A program made the translations under genes and the position numbers. Below, in pieces: positions 1 through 44,800 of a stretch of 64,000 bases of DNA (the first letter of the stretch is position 1; each line of letters opens with the position of its first letter). The stretch is from Thalia democratica. Lineage: Eukaryota. The stretch lies in contig OZ241829.1 in the NCBI GenBank assembly GCA_965202585.1, positions 36,332,001 through 36,396,000 of the forward strand, read 5' to 3'. A model generated the notes under the pieces. The model saw nothing but the letters and a program-made list of their open reading frames with translations. It searched no databases and had not been told where the DNA came from.

Positions 1-93
1 TAAACTTATTTTTAAGTTTGTTTTTATACACTACTTAATATTAAAGTCTGAAAAATAAATCCTTTTTACAGTATTTAATAAATACCCTCACAG

Positions 94-23167
<23,074 letters not shown>

Positions 23168-23233
23168 ACTTTCTTTTTTTTTGCTTTAAACTTTTATACC
23201 TAGGAAACTTATTTATTTATTCCTATTTAACTC

Positions 23234-23239
23234 AATAAA
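23234..23239 (+). promoter_or_regulatory. candidate polyadenylation signal of HEATR5
   Basis: First AATAAA, 66 nt after the stop codon. Weak evidence in such AT-rich DNA. Confidence 0.3.
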
Positions 23240-25044
23240 AAACAGCTTAATTTAAATATATAACAGTAGTTTAAGTGTTCTTTTTATATTTTCTTTTTTA
23301 ATCATGTTTTTGAAAAGAAAATTTTAAAATATTTTTTTTTATACTTACTATACGTATGGACACATTTTATTAGATTATAATACTCACATACTAAGCTGCT
23401 CACATAATTAAAATTTTTATTAAATCTATTTTTGAAAAGGTGATCGTTTTTCAATTTCAATCCTTTTTATATTTTACTCGCCTTTTTACATTTATATAGT
23501 ACGGTGCAAGTTTTGTAGCAATTTTTTTATAACTTTTTTAATTTATACAGCAAACATGCTTTTTATGTTCATGCATTTTGTTTACAACTTAATTTTTTTT
23601 TAAGTATGTAAAAATATGTTAAAACTTTAATATTTTCTTTTGTTATGCATGCAAAGTTAAAATAAAAAATACATATGCTATGGATATTACTATAGATATG
23701 TAATTTTTTAAGTTCATGTATGTTACTAATTCAATGCATCGTGGTAAAAATTTGAAAACTTATCTACAATTTCATAAAATATCAATGCAATATATACTTT
23801 GAAACAGTGTTTATAAATAAAAAAGTGTAACATATAATAAAAATCAATTTATTACCTTTTTACTTCTCTACTTAAAACTACATATACTTAATGAATTTTA
23901 GGGTTTTTAGCTTTTTTAAAAAAGACACAAGTATGAAAAAAATTCAGCAGCTTTAGATCTTCAATTAGTTTTTATAATTCAACTAATTTAATTGTAATAA
24001 ATAGTTTTTTTCCGGTGCATAGCAGCTTAAGTAGAACATTTAATAAAATAAACTGCATAACTAATATATTCATTGTAAATAACTTTGAATCAAGTGTCCT
24101 CTGTACAATATCTTGGTAATATAAAATAAAACGAAAGTATATTTTAAACAAAAGAGTTTTAATTTAGGCTTACAAAATGACGCAATAAGTTTGTGTACAA
24201 TTTGAGTTTTGTTTTTTAGCTTATATAAGAATCTGCATGACTGTTGAACAGTGGCGAGTATATAATGTTTTTTTTTTGATAATAGTAATTTCTCATATAT
24301 TTAAGTTTAACAGAGTAATTGTTTTAAAGAAGTAAGTTATACTGAATGATATAAATATATTTGTTTTTGTAAATATCTGCTAAAAGTAGAATATTTATTT
24401 TAATTAATCGAAGACATATAGATATGTTAATTTTTTTGATTATATATCAAGATTTTTTTTAAAGCTTTTTGAAGGTTTGACATTAAAAAAATTCAAGTTG
24501 GAAAACTAAAAAGTTTACCAGATTGTTTTAGAACAATTTAATATAATTTTTAAGCTTATGTTGATTATAGATGTCGAAAAATTCCTATTTAAGTATTTAG
24601 TTGATTAACACGAGCTATTTATATTTCGTAATATGATGAAAAGTGTTTGAAGGCTTTTTATAGAAAGGTTTCTCAATTTCAAACTCAGGCTAGTTTGAAC
24701 TTTTTGAGATGTTTACTTAAGCTAGACTTTTCTGTATTTAAATGAGTTTAATTGAATCAAGTTTAAGATATTTTTTTTATAGTTCATATATATTCTACTA
24801 TTTAATCTTTATTATTTCTATAGTTTTAAATTTCAATATTAGGTTAATATTTCCTCTTTTCAGATACTTCAAAAACAATGAATTCATACCATTTTATAAT
24901 TAAGAACTGTGAATACATAATTTTTTAGTCCTGCTGTTGGTAATTAAAAAATCAAATATAAGGTGAAAAAGTTGATTTTAAACAACTTAACAATTGTGTC
25001 CGCAGTAGATATTCTAATTTATATATTGTTTTTTAAACATTAAA

Positions 25045-25114
25045 AAAGCGCTCAAAAAGTTTGGTCTAAGGACCTGGTGTACAAAGGAACCTTTCGGTAA
25101 TCGAGTCGTATACC
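25045..25114. repeat. solo TIR-like fragment ending ...CGAGTCGTATACC
   Basis: Reverse-complement match to 29994-30061. Confidence 0.7.
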
Positions 25115-26035
25115 ACATGCTTATAAAGTTTCTTACGAGCTATACACATAGTTTTTTTTTATCATTTAAATCGTTAGTAATAAACCAATCATTTAAACTA
25201 AAAGAAAAATGAAACTAAACAAAAATTAACTGAATTTTGTGTTTAATAATGTATTATGAATCTTGTTTAGTAACACATGAACTAAGAAATATATATATCA
25301 CTTTAAATTAACTTTTTAGAGTAGATAAACAACACTAATAACAAACGTTAAATATTGAACTACAAAGAATAATAGTTTAAACATTTTTATTAATGAAAAC
25401 ATTTTAAGTATAGTTTTTTATAGCTGCATGTCATATAAAAGTTGTTTTTAACTATAAAAAAATATTTTTTTTTACAGTTTTTTGTGCACACTGTTAGATT
25501 TTTTTTTCTTTTATAAACTCAGTCTAATTTGTTTTCTCAAAGAGTGGCAAATAGTCAGGAAATTAAAAAAATAAAAAGAAGCTTTTATTTTAATAATATG
25601 TGTATGTTTTAATCACAGGCATGATACAGCAGCAATATTTTTTATAATCCGATATTTTGGCTGTAATAAACAAGATGCTTAAAACAAGTTAGTGTCTTAA
25701 ATATTACAAATTTTTATTCAAACGTTGCAAGCTATCAAATAAGCTTAAAATAAACTAATAAAAAGCTGTATTTTAAACTTCTAAATTAAAAAAAAATACT
25801 TCATGATTATATTCAATTAAAACTCAGAAACTAATAATTTTTGTACTTCTATAAAAATTCATTTGAACAAAAAGTAAAAAAAAGAATCAAGAACAGTAAC
25901 CTCTCGCTTATTTACGCACATTGTGTCCAAAGAAAAAATGCGAAAAGATATGAGAGATCGTAAAGATACGAAAGGTACCAGTTATACTTACTATAATGGC
26001 TGTTTTTTGATATTGCTTCTAGTTAAAAGCAGACT

Positions 26036-26047
26036 GGGGACTTTCCC
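26036..26047 (+). promoter_or_regulatory. exact canonical NF-kB site GGGGACTTTCCC
   Basis: 12-bp match to the classical kB element in intergenic DNA; function unknown. Confidence 0.3.
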
Positions 26048-26691
26048 ACTTTTAGCAGTTTGTTTATTTATTTATAATAAATAAGAGAAAAGATAAAACT
26101 GTACAAATATAAAAAAAAAGGTTTAATATTTTATTTATATGTGACTTATTTGATACTTAACATTTATATTCTATTCTACTTAGCAAATTTTTAATTTATA
26201 ATTAAGTATTTGTTTACAATTAAGAAATGGTGTGGTGTCTATATTAAAATTTGTTTCTATAGTCTTTTACAAAAATATGCATTTGGTGCTGAACTATTTT
26301 TCTTCTTTTGAACAAAAAACATATAAAATTAAAAAAAAAATTTAATAAAAATTGTTTATGTTACCAAAACTTTTTTTAATTTGACCTTTGCCAACATAAG
26401 GATAAACTTGTCTCGCATTGTGTTAAAGATGTAGTAACTAGTTGTTTATCAATAAGTCAAGGAACATAAGTTTACAAAGTCTAAAGATATAGAGAGGTGA
26501 GTTAGCATTTAAAAGCATATTTTAAATAAAAAATAAACCTATTTTGTAAAATATTAAAAAAGTTCAAAGTTCTATTTTTTGAATTTTTTTAGAATTCTAA
26601 AATGCGTAACTAAACGAGAGTGCGTAACATCACGAGTGCGTAAAGATGCGAGAGGTTACTGTAGTTTGAAATTTAGTTCTATTGTTTTTAT

Positions 26692-27120
26692 GGGGACGGT
26701 CAAGTACGCACGAAGACACTTTTGCACGAAGGGTCATGTTTGCATTAAAGCCAAAATTGATAAAGATATATAAGAAAAAGTTTTTGACAAAAATAATGAT
26801 AATAAAATTACTTTCCAAAGGTTAAGGGTAATAGTGATAGTAAAAAAAAATAGAATAAGAAAAAAATATAATACTCCATTCTATTAAAAAAACCAACCAA
26901 GGGTTATGGGTAACAGTGAAAGCAAAAAAAAATGTAAAAAAATAAATATAATAGCAAGAAAATAAAGTAACTGACCAATGTTAGGGGTAATATTGATAGT
27001 AAGTAAAAAAATTATAAACAAAAACATTAAAACAAAAAAAAATTAACCCGTGCAAAAGTGACGCCGTGTAAAAGTGTTTTCTTGCAAAAGTGTCCCTTTA
27101 GGCATATTTGACACCTACTT
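26692..27120. mobile_element. MITE with subterminal TTTTGCACGAAG repeats (family of 56964-57516, opposite orientation)
   Basis: Ends GGGGACGGTCAAGTACGCAC and ...GCATATTTGACACCTAC, with an A-rich core containing GGTTA(A/G)GGGTAA(T/C)AGTGATAGT modules. Confidence 0.8.
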
Positions 27121-28404
27121 TTTTTCATACTGATTTGTTTTATATCTTCACAGTTAAACTATTATCATGCAAACGTTTGAAGTCAAAAATATCATGAATC
27201 TTTTCTAAGTAATGTTTAATGACGTACTACAACAATAATAACAACTCTCAAAAATTTTGTGATTCTACAAACCTGTTACGAGCTTAAATTAATTAAATAT
27301 ATTTTTTTTAGTTTTCCAAAGATGAATTAAGTACAATTTAAGTTTTTCAATCTCAAGTTCAAACTTATTTTACTTATTGAAACTTAAAATGTATTAAGTT
27401 AAGAACTCAATTTTAATTTCTAAACTAAGAGCGGGAAATTTTTTTAATCAGCGGGCCTGATTTACCAAGAAAAGACATTCGCACGCCGCGTAGCTTTTAA
27501 AAAATGTACTATTAAAAATAAAAAAAGAAATTTTTGATGAAATATTTATTTTATAAGCACTACTGTGAAGTGTGCAGGCCAGAAATTTCTAATTTTAGGT
27601 GGTACAAATCCCACCTCTAGTCTAAAATCTACACAACTGTTTTTTAACAAAATCTTTTCAACTTAATAGGTTGCAAATCATTAGTTGATTTATCTTTTCT
27701 AATGTAACGTACTAATTGAGCATACACATTACAGTATTAGTTACAACCGACACAAAACTGTATTAAATAAATTTTAACATTAAATCTAGTTTTTTAGTTT
27801 GTGATTCAGTATGTGCAAAAAAAATTTTTTATATTTTCAACGAAGGTCTAACACATTCCGGTGACTAACCATTTATTTTTCTGATGGTTGCATTAGTTTC
27901 AATAGTTTGTTTTGATCTTAGAATTTATAGAATTGAACAATTTAGCATTTTAAACGATCAAAGCAAACTATTATTTTTTTACCTACAAGTCAATCGTTAA
28001 GATAAATATAATCTTAGAAGAATCAAAAAAATAATGTTATATTACTCCTCATTGAACTTAGAATTACATACTTACCTTTCTTTGTAGAAGTTTGTTTTTT
28101 AAATGGTATTAGAATGATATTGTAAAAAGCTTCTACATATATGTTTTTTTAGCTATTTTTTTCTAAAATAGTTTTTGGTATACATAGAAAATTTTGAGCA
28201 TAAAAATCATCTGTGCACATTTTCACAATTCTCTAAGAATAACAGATTTAAATTGTTTTGAAATAAATAACTGTAAATAAATAAGTCCATTCAAAGTTAT
28301 TTTTTTAAAGGAGAAGATAAAGTTCGATATAATAAATATTCGCTGCTATAGTTAAACGTTTATTGTTGCATAGGATACAGTAAGCTACTTTTTTTAGTCC
28401 AGAA

Positions 28405-28659
28405 CAGTAGTCTGCAAACTGTGGATACGAGCATGTTTTTTGTTCTAAACGGGATGCAGCCCATGAAAATTAAAACTGTGGCCCGCTAACAAATAGTTTT
28501 AGCCGCAAAAGAAATTTTGAGCTTACACCACATATTTTAGGGTGTATTGTTAAGAGCAAAGAAGGTTTAAGGTACAATTTACAGAGTACTCGAAACTTGC
28601 ACTAGATATTATGGGACTGTTATGAAAAGTAATAACTACCAAATGCCTGCCGACCACTA
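28405..28659. mobile_element. degenerate hAT/Charlie-type MITE
   Basis: CAGTAGTCTGCAAACTGTGG start, GGCCCGC motif, ...TGCCGACCACTA end; no TSD. Confidence 0.5.
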
Positions 28660-29607
28660 TTTTTGGAAGATAAAAATCAAATATCAATTACCAAACCAGT
28701 AATCGTTATTGTCATAACATAATAATGTCAAAAATGGCGTAGTTTTTTAGTTTTTTTGTAAAAAAAAGGGATAAACTATATAAAAAATTTATAATTACAA
28801 AAATTGCACAATTTACAAAAGGAAACTTTTCATTAAAATTAACCAATCAAAAATGTTTTTAAAAACTATTTTTGAATGATTTTACAACTCGAAGTTTTTT
28901 TCATAAAGTTGTAATATAAGTAATTATTCACGTCTGCTATTAGTTTTTTTTCAAAAAAATAACTTGTTTATGATTTTTCGCTAAATTATTTTAACTGAAA
29001 CTGTTTAAGTAAGTAATTTGTTTATATATCATTGAATATGTTTCCTATTATTAAAAAAAATTAATTACTAATGTTTTACAGTACCTCGTTTTTAATTTCT
29101 ACTGTAGTAAATATTTCTTTGTTCACGTTAGCTTTACAATGGAAGGCAAAATTTATACATTGTCAATAAAACTGGACTCAATTTTATATTCATGTTATTT
29201 TACTAAAAATTAAAGAACTGGACTACTTGTTAAGAATTTCCATTCTGTTTTACTAGTACTTTTAAACGTACAGTAAAGTACAACATATTTATGTACTTTT
29301 ACATTTACAGCTTATCCAAATCAAGTCAACTGTAAAAAAAATTTAGTAGCTAGAAAAATCTGTTTGCTAAGCAAAAGAAAATAACTTTATTTTTCACAAT
29401 AAAAGTATAAAAAAAATAGTTTTTTACAAATCAAAGTTTTCGGCTTTAAGAGAATGTAATTAGGTTTAAGAGTTAAAATGTTTTTAATTTGAGAGTAAGA
29501 ATAACAGCCTTTTTTCGACGCAAAAATAAAAGAACATTTATTATATTTAGTGTAAAAAATCGAATTATATGATTTTTTTGCGTAGCATAGACTTCATTCA
29601 TTTATAA

Positions 29608-29884
29608 CAGGTATTCCTAAAGAGGGCCATATACCTCCTTGGGGGCTATTTCAGCAATTTTATTTTATCATGATTAGGGGCCAAAGAGGCGCGTGACTAG
29701 TAAGGGGAGCCATATGGTCATATTTTATAATTCACATTACATTTTCTAGAGTTGACGATGGGGAGCAAAAAAAAGGTCTTAGACGTAATTAAGAACAGTT
29801 TTTTGAGAAAGTTTAATTGAGGGGGGCATGGCTGTTTCAACTTCCTTAGAGGGGGCCTTATGAAAAGAAGTTTGGGATATCTTG
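29608..29884. mobile_element. degenerate hAT/Charlie-type MITE (GGGGGC-rich)
   Basis: CAGGTATTCCTAAA / TTTGGGATATCTTG imperfect TIRs. Confidence 0.5.
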
Positions 29885-29993
29885 TATTAAAAAAACTATC
29901 AACTTTTGGACTTAATTATTGAACTTTATACTATATCTTAGTTGATAAATAAAAGAATGATTTTTATCAAGTGTTCTGGACAAGGCGTTAAAA

Positions 29994-30061
29994 GGTGTAC
30001 GACTCGATAACCGAAAAGTTCTTTGTGCATTAGGTCCTAAGACCAAATATTTTGAACGTAT
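29994..30061. repeat. solo TIR-like fragment starting GGTGTACGACTCG...
   Basis: Reverse-complement match to 25045-25114. Confidence 0.7.
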
Positions 30062-32286
30062 TTTTTGTCGTTTAATAAACTATTAATAAAATTTGTCCTA
30101 AATTTAGTAGTTTTATTAAAGTTAAAATTAAAACTTAATTTTCGAAAACAGATCTATAAAATGTTAAGATTTATATTGAAAATATGTTTGTCTTCTTATA
30201 ATAAACCTTAACTCAACAGTAAATTTATTGTTTCAGCACTTATTTGAAATTTCTTAGATGAACGATTTTAACTTTTTTAAAAGTTAAAATTACTTACGAT
30301 TACAACCATTTATTAAAGTTTTCAAACACCTTAATTTTCTAATTATTTCATTTGCTAAAAATTTTGTTAAAAAACTAAATACGCTTAGTTACAATTAGTT
30401 AGAAATGAAACAAAAGCAAACTACACATTATATACAGCTGAAAAATTGAAGATAATTAAGTTTGTGTTGCATACAAAAAAAACTTCATGCTTTCATATAA
30501 CACAATATAACTTTATAACAATGTTTTATAGCATAGTAAACGTAAAAAAAAAGTTTAAGAACTAAAGTTGCTGGACTGGAAAGTTAAAATAGTAAATACT
30601 TTAAAAAACATACAAAAACTCTACTATGTAAGTTATATATAACTTAGATCTTAACTGTTGTGGTACGATTAGTATTTAACAATGTGAAAAAGATATTTAT
30701 AAACTTTAATTCCATTAACAAATTTAACTACGTATACTTTACTTATCGTTAAAAAAAAATTTTTTTTTGAATAGTAATAACGAATAATCAAATTGTTGTG
30801 CAGCTGTGCAAAACCTATTGTAAATAAATTTTATCTAACATACAATCTTAATTTAAATATCGTTACTACTTGTATATAAACCTTTATTTACGTTTTTTCA
30901 GCGGAATTTATTCTTTTTAATTTTTTGGTAAAATATTTTAAAACCTTTTCATTTACTTTATATATTGTTTTTTTCTACACATTTTAACATTATTTTTCAC
31001 TAAACATTTCAGCAGCAATCAAAAGCTTTAACTTTATTTATTTTACAGTTAAATTAATTTTATAAATAAAAACGTATGCATTTGCTACTAAAGTGTGACA
31101 TTTTTAATGTTCCTAATTACTTAGGTTATTCTATAATGCTATTTATGATGTCTAGTGTATAATTACACTCTTAAATAGCGGTAACCATTATTTATTAACA
31201 ATATAATACTAGTTATTTATATTAAAAATTTCTTCCTTGCCAGGTTTACTTTTGTAAACTTTTGTAAACCTTTCATTCAATTAAAAAATTTTTTTTTAAA
31301 CAAGCTCATAATTACAGCATTTAAAAATAAATTTCTAGCTTTACCATCCGTAGTTAGTATTACAAAACCACAAAAACCAAAGTATTACAAAAAATGTTTT
31401 TATTAAAAAAAAGTATATTTTCAACAACTAAATTAGTACTTACAGCTTTTAAAAATGAAGCTATTATATAAGAATATAAATAACTAATATTTTAAATGCA
31501 AAATTATAAAATCTAGTACCGTAAAACTTATATTTTGCACAAATAACTAGTTAACTTAAATAGCTTCTGTTATAACTTCAGATCTAGTTGTTATACATGC
31601 ATGTTATTTTTTACTAGTTGTTGTTATTTATCAGTTTTTAACTAAATGATCGATATTGTTCAAGGCCTAGAAAAAACTATAGTTCATGCGTTTTCTTAGT
31701 AAGAAATTTTTTTTAACAAAAAAAAATTAACACTGTTGCTAGATTTCGATAAGCAAATGACCAAAAAGTTACCCAAATATTACACATTAAGTTATAACAA
31801 ACACGTTCATAAATGTACAATGTTCAGCTTGGATAGCTAATTTTTAGCCAGCCAGCCCTTGGTAAGTTTGTTCGGCAAAAACCGGCATCAGAACCATAGT
31901 TTTGGGCTTCTACTACGAATGGCGAGCGAAGCAGACCGCCGGCAAGACCTCAAGTGGCTATACCCCATAACAGAATCGCCTACAGTGAAAGTAGACTTTT
32001 ATTTGGTTACAAGACATTAACATTTTGTGAACTATGAGTAGTAGGCGTACGGTTAAACTTTTGCTCTGTAGTTAACTAAAATATGCAGATATTACAAAAT
32101 TATAACTTAGTTGTATGAACTTTTTTATTTTTTAAAGTAAATACATATAAGTAGAAGCAAAAATAACAAAGCTGCTTACATTAGAACTTTAACTTATCTA
32201 ACAACACTAAAATTAGTTTAATAACAAAACTTAGAATTATTTATACTAACTAAAAAAGACTTATTTCTTAAGAATAGATTATAAAG

Positions 32287-32559
32287 CAGGGGTCGTCAGG
32301 CATTTTGTGGTTTCAGGTCAAAATTATAAAAAAAGAAATTTGCGGGATGCATTAGTTTTAGTTTTTAATCTTTATTACAAACTAACAACATCCAGTTTAA
32401 GTTTCAAAAATTTTATTCGTAAACTATATTGCACGTTTGCAAAACGCAGATTTTCCTTTTATGGGCCGCAACCCATTTAAAATAAATATATTTTTTCAGG
32501 CTGCTTTTTTACCTTCATGGGCCGCATGTGGCCTGCAGGCCGCTGTTTGCCAATATCTG
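32287..32559. mobile_element. degenerate hAT/Charlie-type MITE
   Basis: CAGGGGTCG... start, GGGCCGCA...GGCCGC...TTTGCCAATATCTG end. Confidence 0.55.
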
Positions 32560-33989
32560 CTCTAATTAAAGAAGAACTAAAACTGTTGCAACTTGCAACT
32601 CTACTTTATTGTAAAATGTAATTTGTTGATTATTACTTCAGCTTTTTTCGGTCACGACTGCAAAATTCTAATAAAAACGAAACCAGGTTCTTATACTGCC
32701 GAACTGCTTTTAATTTTTACTGCAATTTTTCTAATTTTTTTTTTTCAAAGTAGAGCTGTTGTAAATAAATTTCCATTTAGTTTATTTTTTACTTATTCAG
32801 TCTAATTCTTCAAGACTGAAATTCTGACGATATAGGTTAAAAAAATATAATTTTACAACTGCTTTGTTTACGCAAAACTCAGATTCTGGCAACTTTATTT
32901 AAAAAATTTTTGTTTTTTGATCGAAGTGATAAAATCAAAATTTATTTTTATCAAGGTTTTTCTCACACAACTTAAAATCAGAGGCTTTAGCTCTCAAAAA
33001 TTTCGCCAATGATTTATAGTTAGTGCGTTTATATTTTGAAATTAAAAATTAACTTCAATACTAACTAAAAACAAACTTATTAGTTTTATGAAAGTCCCTA
33101 CTAAGAAACTACTAAAACACTTTAAATTAATATACAATGAAACAGCAAGTTTTACAGATATAATTATATGGTCATGTGAATTTAATGAAGAAAGTAGACA
33201 GTGTTCATAATAGCATTGTTTGTCTATTAATTATAGTTGAAAATTAATAAATTTAAAAATAGTTTTTCAAACTCTATGTAAAACTTTTATTATGTTTACT
33301 ACTGGATAATATCAAAAGATAGTTTTGAAAATTTACAAATTTATTGCAAGTTAAAAAGTTCAAAACATTTTCAGATTTACAATCCGTTCTCAGTAAACTT
33401 TTACCACTAAGGACGGACTATAAATCTGAAGAGTTTTGAGCTTATATAAAGTGCAATGAGATTATAGATTTTCAAAACTGTCTTTTGATTATTTCTATTC
33501 ATTGATGCAGAAGAAAATCTAAAATAAAAAATTGACTGTATCCTGGATTAATTTAAGCATTTTATTATAAATCTTGTCTTTATGAATGGAAGAAATGTTT
33601 ATAGAAAAAAATTGAATTAAATTAACAACAAAAATTAAAAAAAAAGCTCAAGTCTAAATAGTTGTTTTAATTGCTAATAAAAGTACCAAAAAAATCAAGT
33701 ATTTAGTTTTTAAGCTGACTTTGTTAAACCTATTTTGATTACATTAGAGTATTTTTTCCAGGACAACTGCTTGAACAGAAGTCTTGACTAAGAGTTTAAA
33801 TATTTTAGGTTATATCTCTGCAACCATTTTTATAAATCCTGTGGTTCTTAGTTCCAGAGGTGAGATATTGGATTGTACTCTTTACTTTAAAAAATGGGGT
33901 TCTTTGCTAGTAAAACTTGATGTCATGTCTTTTTACTTTAAATTAGCTGAAAGTATAACAAAAGTTTAATAACAAAAACAAACCAAAAA

Positions 33990-34190
33990 ATCTGTTTTTT
34001 TTTGTTTTTTGACACAAAATTTTAATTTTCAACTTTTAACTTTTGTTGCAATAGAATTTTCTAAATATTGCAAGGAAAATTTCCTGAAAGTTTGAAATAA
34101 TTATTTGTAGAAATGTAGGAGGAGATAGATTTTTAGTGCTATAGTCTTTTTTTTGTCTTTTTAGTTTGCGCATACTAAAAGGAACCTATT
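33990..34190. mobile_element. fragment of the TTAA foldback MITE right arm
   Basis: GCAAGGAAAATTTCCTGAAA...GTAGGAGGAGATAGATTTTTAGTG...TTTAGTTTGCGC matches about 37020-37125. Confidence 0.7.
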
Positions 34191-34676
34191 TAGTTCATCC
34201 AAAAGCTTATAACAGTGACTGTGCACATTGCGCACCATTGTTTTATAAAACCAAAATCTAGAAGTGTTAATTATATGGTTCATAACTTCACTTTTTTGTC
34301 TTATTTACTATTTTTAGCAACTAACTTTAAATAAGAGATCTATGAGCATTCCAAAACATTGTTTGTAATTTTCCATGGGGTTTAAAATATTGAAAAAATT
34401 ATCAAAAACACCTTGTTAAAAAATATAAGGTAACCTAATTTAACAAATTTTTAATTTTAATTGTTTAAATCTAAGTTTTTGTTCTTTTTGAGTTGTGAGT
34501 TTTATTAGAACTTTTACATTAGAACTATTACAGTTGATATCTAAACTTAAGTTGAAACTTAATTAAAATAATAAGATTATATCATTTGTATTTCATTAGT
34601 AAATAATTACAACTAATAGAAATAGTTAAACAACTGTTGTACGTGTAGCTATTTATCAGCTTAATTAAAAGTACAA

Positions 34677-42573
<7,897 letters not shown>

Positions 42574-44800
42574 ACAGTAGAATTGCTCATTGACAAGTTA
42601 GTAATTTTTGTTTGTAAAATTTAACTATTTTTCATTTTTAGTCCTTTGTATTGGTTTGCAAATGATGTGTTGCAATGTATACTTAGAATTTTTTTTTATC
42701 TTATGATATTACAAATACTCAAGGTGATTTTAATGTTGATTTTTTACACTTTTGTGATCTACAAAAAAAATATTTTATTTTTATTATTAAATTAAATATA
42801 ATTTTTTTAGTTTACTGTACCACAAGATCAGTAAAGTATGCCTAAAACATTGCAAGTAAAAATGAGTATAAACTAATGGAGTGATTTTAGTTTTTTGTTA
42901 TTTTTACTATGCTTGATGGTAATAAAATGAGACCTTTATTATGTTAAGTATACAAAAATATATTTGATCTTCTAAAGTTATTAACGTAAAACTAAGTAGA
43001 TGGATTTTAATAATTATGTTGAATTTTGTTTCAGGTAAAAATTTGCGGTTCTTGTAAAACAGAAAATGAAAAAGTCTCAACAAAGTTATATTTCTTTTTT
43101 GGAGTACACTTTTCGTAACAGAGTCTTTAAGCTTTTGGAAAATGCGTTTTATTTTGTGTTTAAAAGTTTCTCTTTTACCAATCTGTTAATTTCTAACAAA
43201 TTTAATGTTAAAGTATGTCATTTTTAAACTTCCAAACATGGCTTAAGCTTTGTTTTTGACGTCATAAGTTTATTTCTATATTTAATGTGTAAGCAATTAT
43301 TTCTTATCGAGTTTAAGCTAAAAGTTTAAATTTAATAAGAATACGACTAACAAAGTTTAATAGCAATTAGTCTACTGCCGACATCCATATAAAATAGTGT
43401 CTATTTATTTAACAAAATTTTTTTCTACCGTTCATTGATTCTTACAACTCTTTAAATTTTATGCAATTTTTTTTTCTGCTAAACTTTTTACGGGTTTTTG
43501 TAAATAAAATAAATTGCATCGAAGCTCAAGTGCTTTATAATATTTTTTTTATTAGTCATTTTAATGATAAAATGAAATATTCTATTAATATTATCATGCT
43601 GTTACAGTATATTTGATACGACAAAACTGAGTCTGCTTGCACATTGTGACTTACAATATTTAGTATCTTACAAAATAAAATAATTAGTAATAAAAACTTA
43701 AGTTGATAAAAATTACTTTAAAAAGTTAACTAAAATCCCTAAATGACAAAACAAAAGGTGAATCTTTCAGAATTTTAAAACAATACTCATGATGTTCAAG
43801 TTAGCTTTAGAGATCAATATTTTTACAGAGTTATTTTAGCTTAATGCCATTTGCTTTAAAATGAGAAAATTGTTGTTTTTAATATCAACTTACATTTGGA
43901 TTGAAACTGAAACACACGACCAACATCATCAATCAAAACGATAGTCTTACTCTTAATGAGAACTTCTCATGTACACATGTTACGACGATCCAAGCGGATA
44001 TCAGTACGTTAAAACTGAAGCATCCGTAGATCTACCCCATCAAATCATCCCGACTTATTTAAGTTTTTCAGTTTCAATGAGAGATTGTACTTTACGCTTA
44101 TTTTTTTTGATTATCTGCTTGATGAGTAATAGGAAGGACCAAAACCGGTCGTAGACTGTCGCGTGGCTTGTTGTTGATAGTTTTGTAATTTAGAAACTTA
44201 ATCATAAAGACTTTTTCATGCAGTCTAAACCTAACAAGTTAAATTTCAGCTAAATTATATTGTTGCCTTGTTGAATACTAAACGTATAAAAAACATCTAA
44301 TATGATAGTTATTATTGTAGAGGTTTTAGTTTCAAAACAGTTGACACATTTTTAACGTATTAGCAACCGAGAGGTGTTCCAAGAAAGTTTTTGGCTTGTA
44401 CAAATCTAATCAGAAACCAGCAGAACTTATAAAAAAACTTGTGTCTTACAAAAACACATGTACTGTACAGTCAAGCAAAAAAGTTATATTTTTCAGAATT
44501 TTGAGTAAGATGTTTTTTAAGATTGCTAACTTAGACTGTTATTTTTATATAAAGGCTTACAACACAGACATAACTCTTAAAGTTTTCCTAAAAAACAAAA
44601 ATGATAACTGTCAAATGTTTTCCTGTTTTAAGTAAGTTTGACACATTTAGAACTAAATAAGGTTTTCATATACACATTTAAATTAGCTAAGGGCTAGGGC
44701 ACAATAAAATGATTAAAAGGCTTAAGTTTTAATTTATACCACATAAATTAAAATCAAAGTAAATTTTTATATATTAGAGACATAAAGTATCTCTTTAAAT

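Noticed and set aside
25992-26060. Minus-strand open stretch ending at a GTAAGT donor (KSGKVPSLLL...)
   Set aside because: No good acceptor, no partner exons and no recognisable protein.
26603-26655. TGCGTAA motif repeated three times at 16-18-bp spacing
   Set aside because: The spacing and position beside a MITE suggest an eroded subterminal repeat; no evidence for a promoter.
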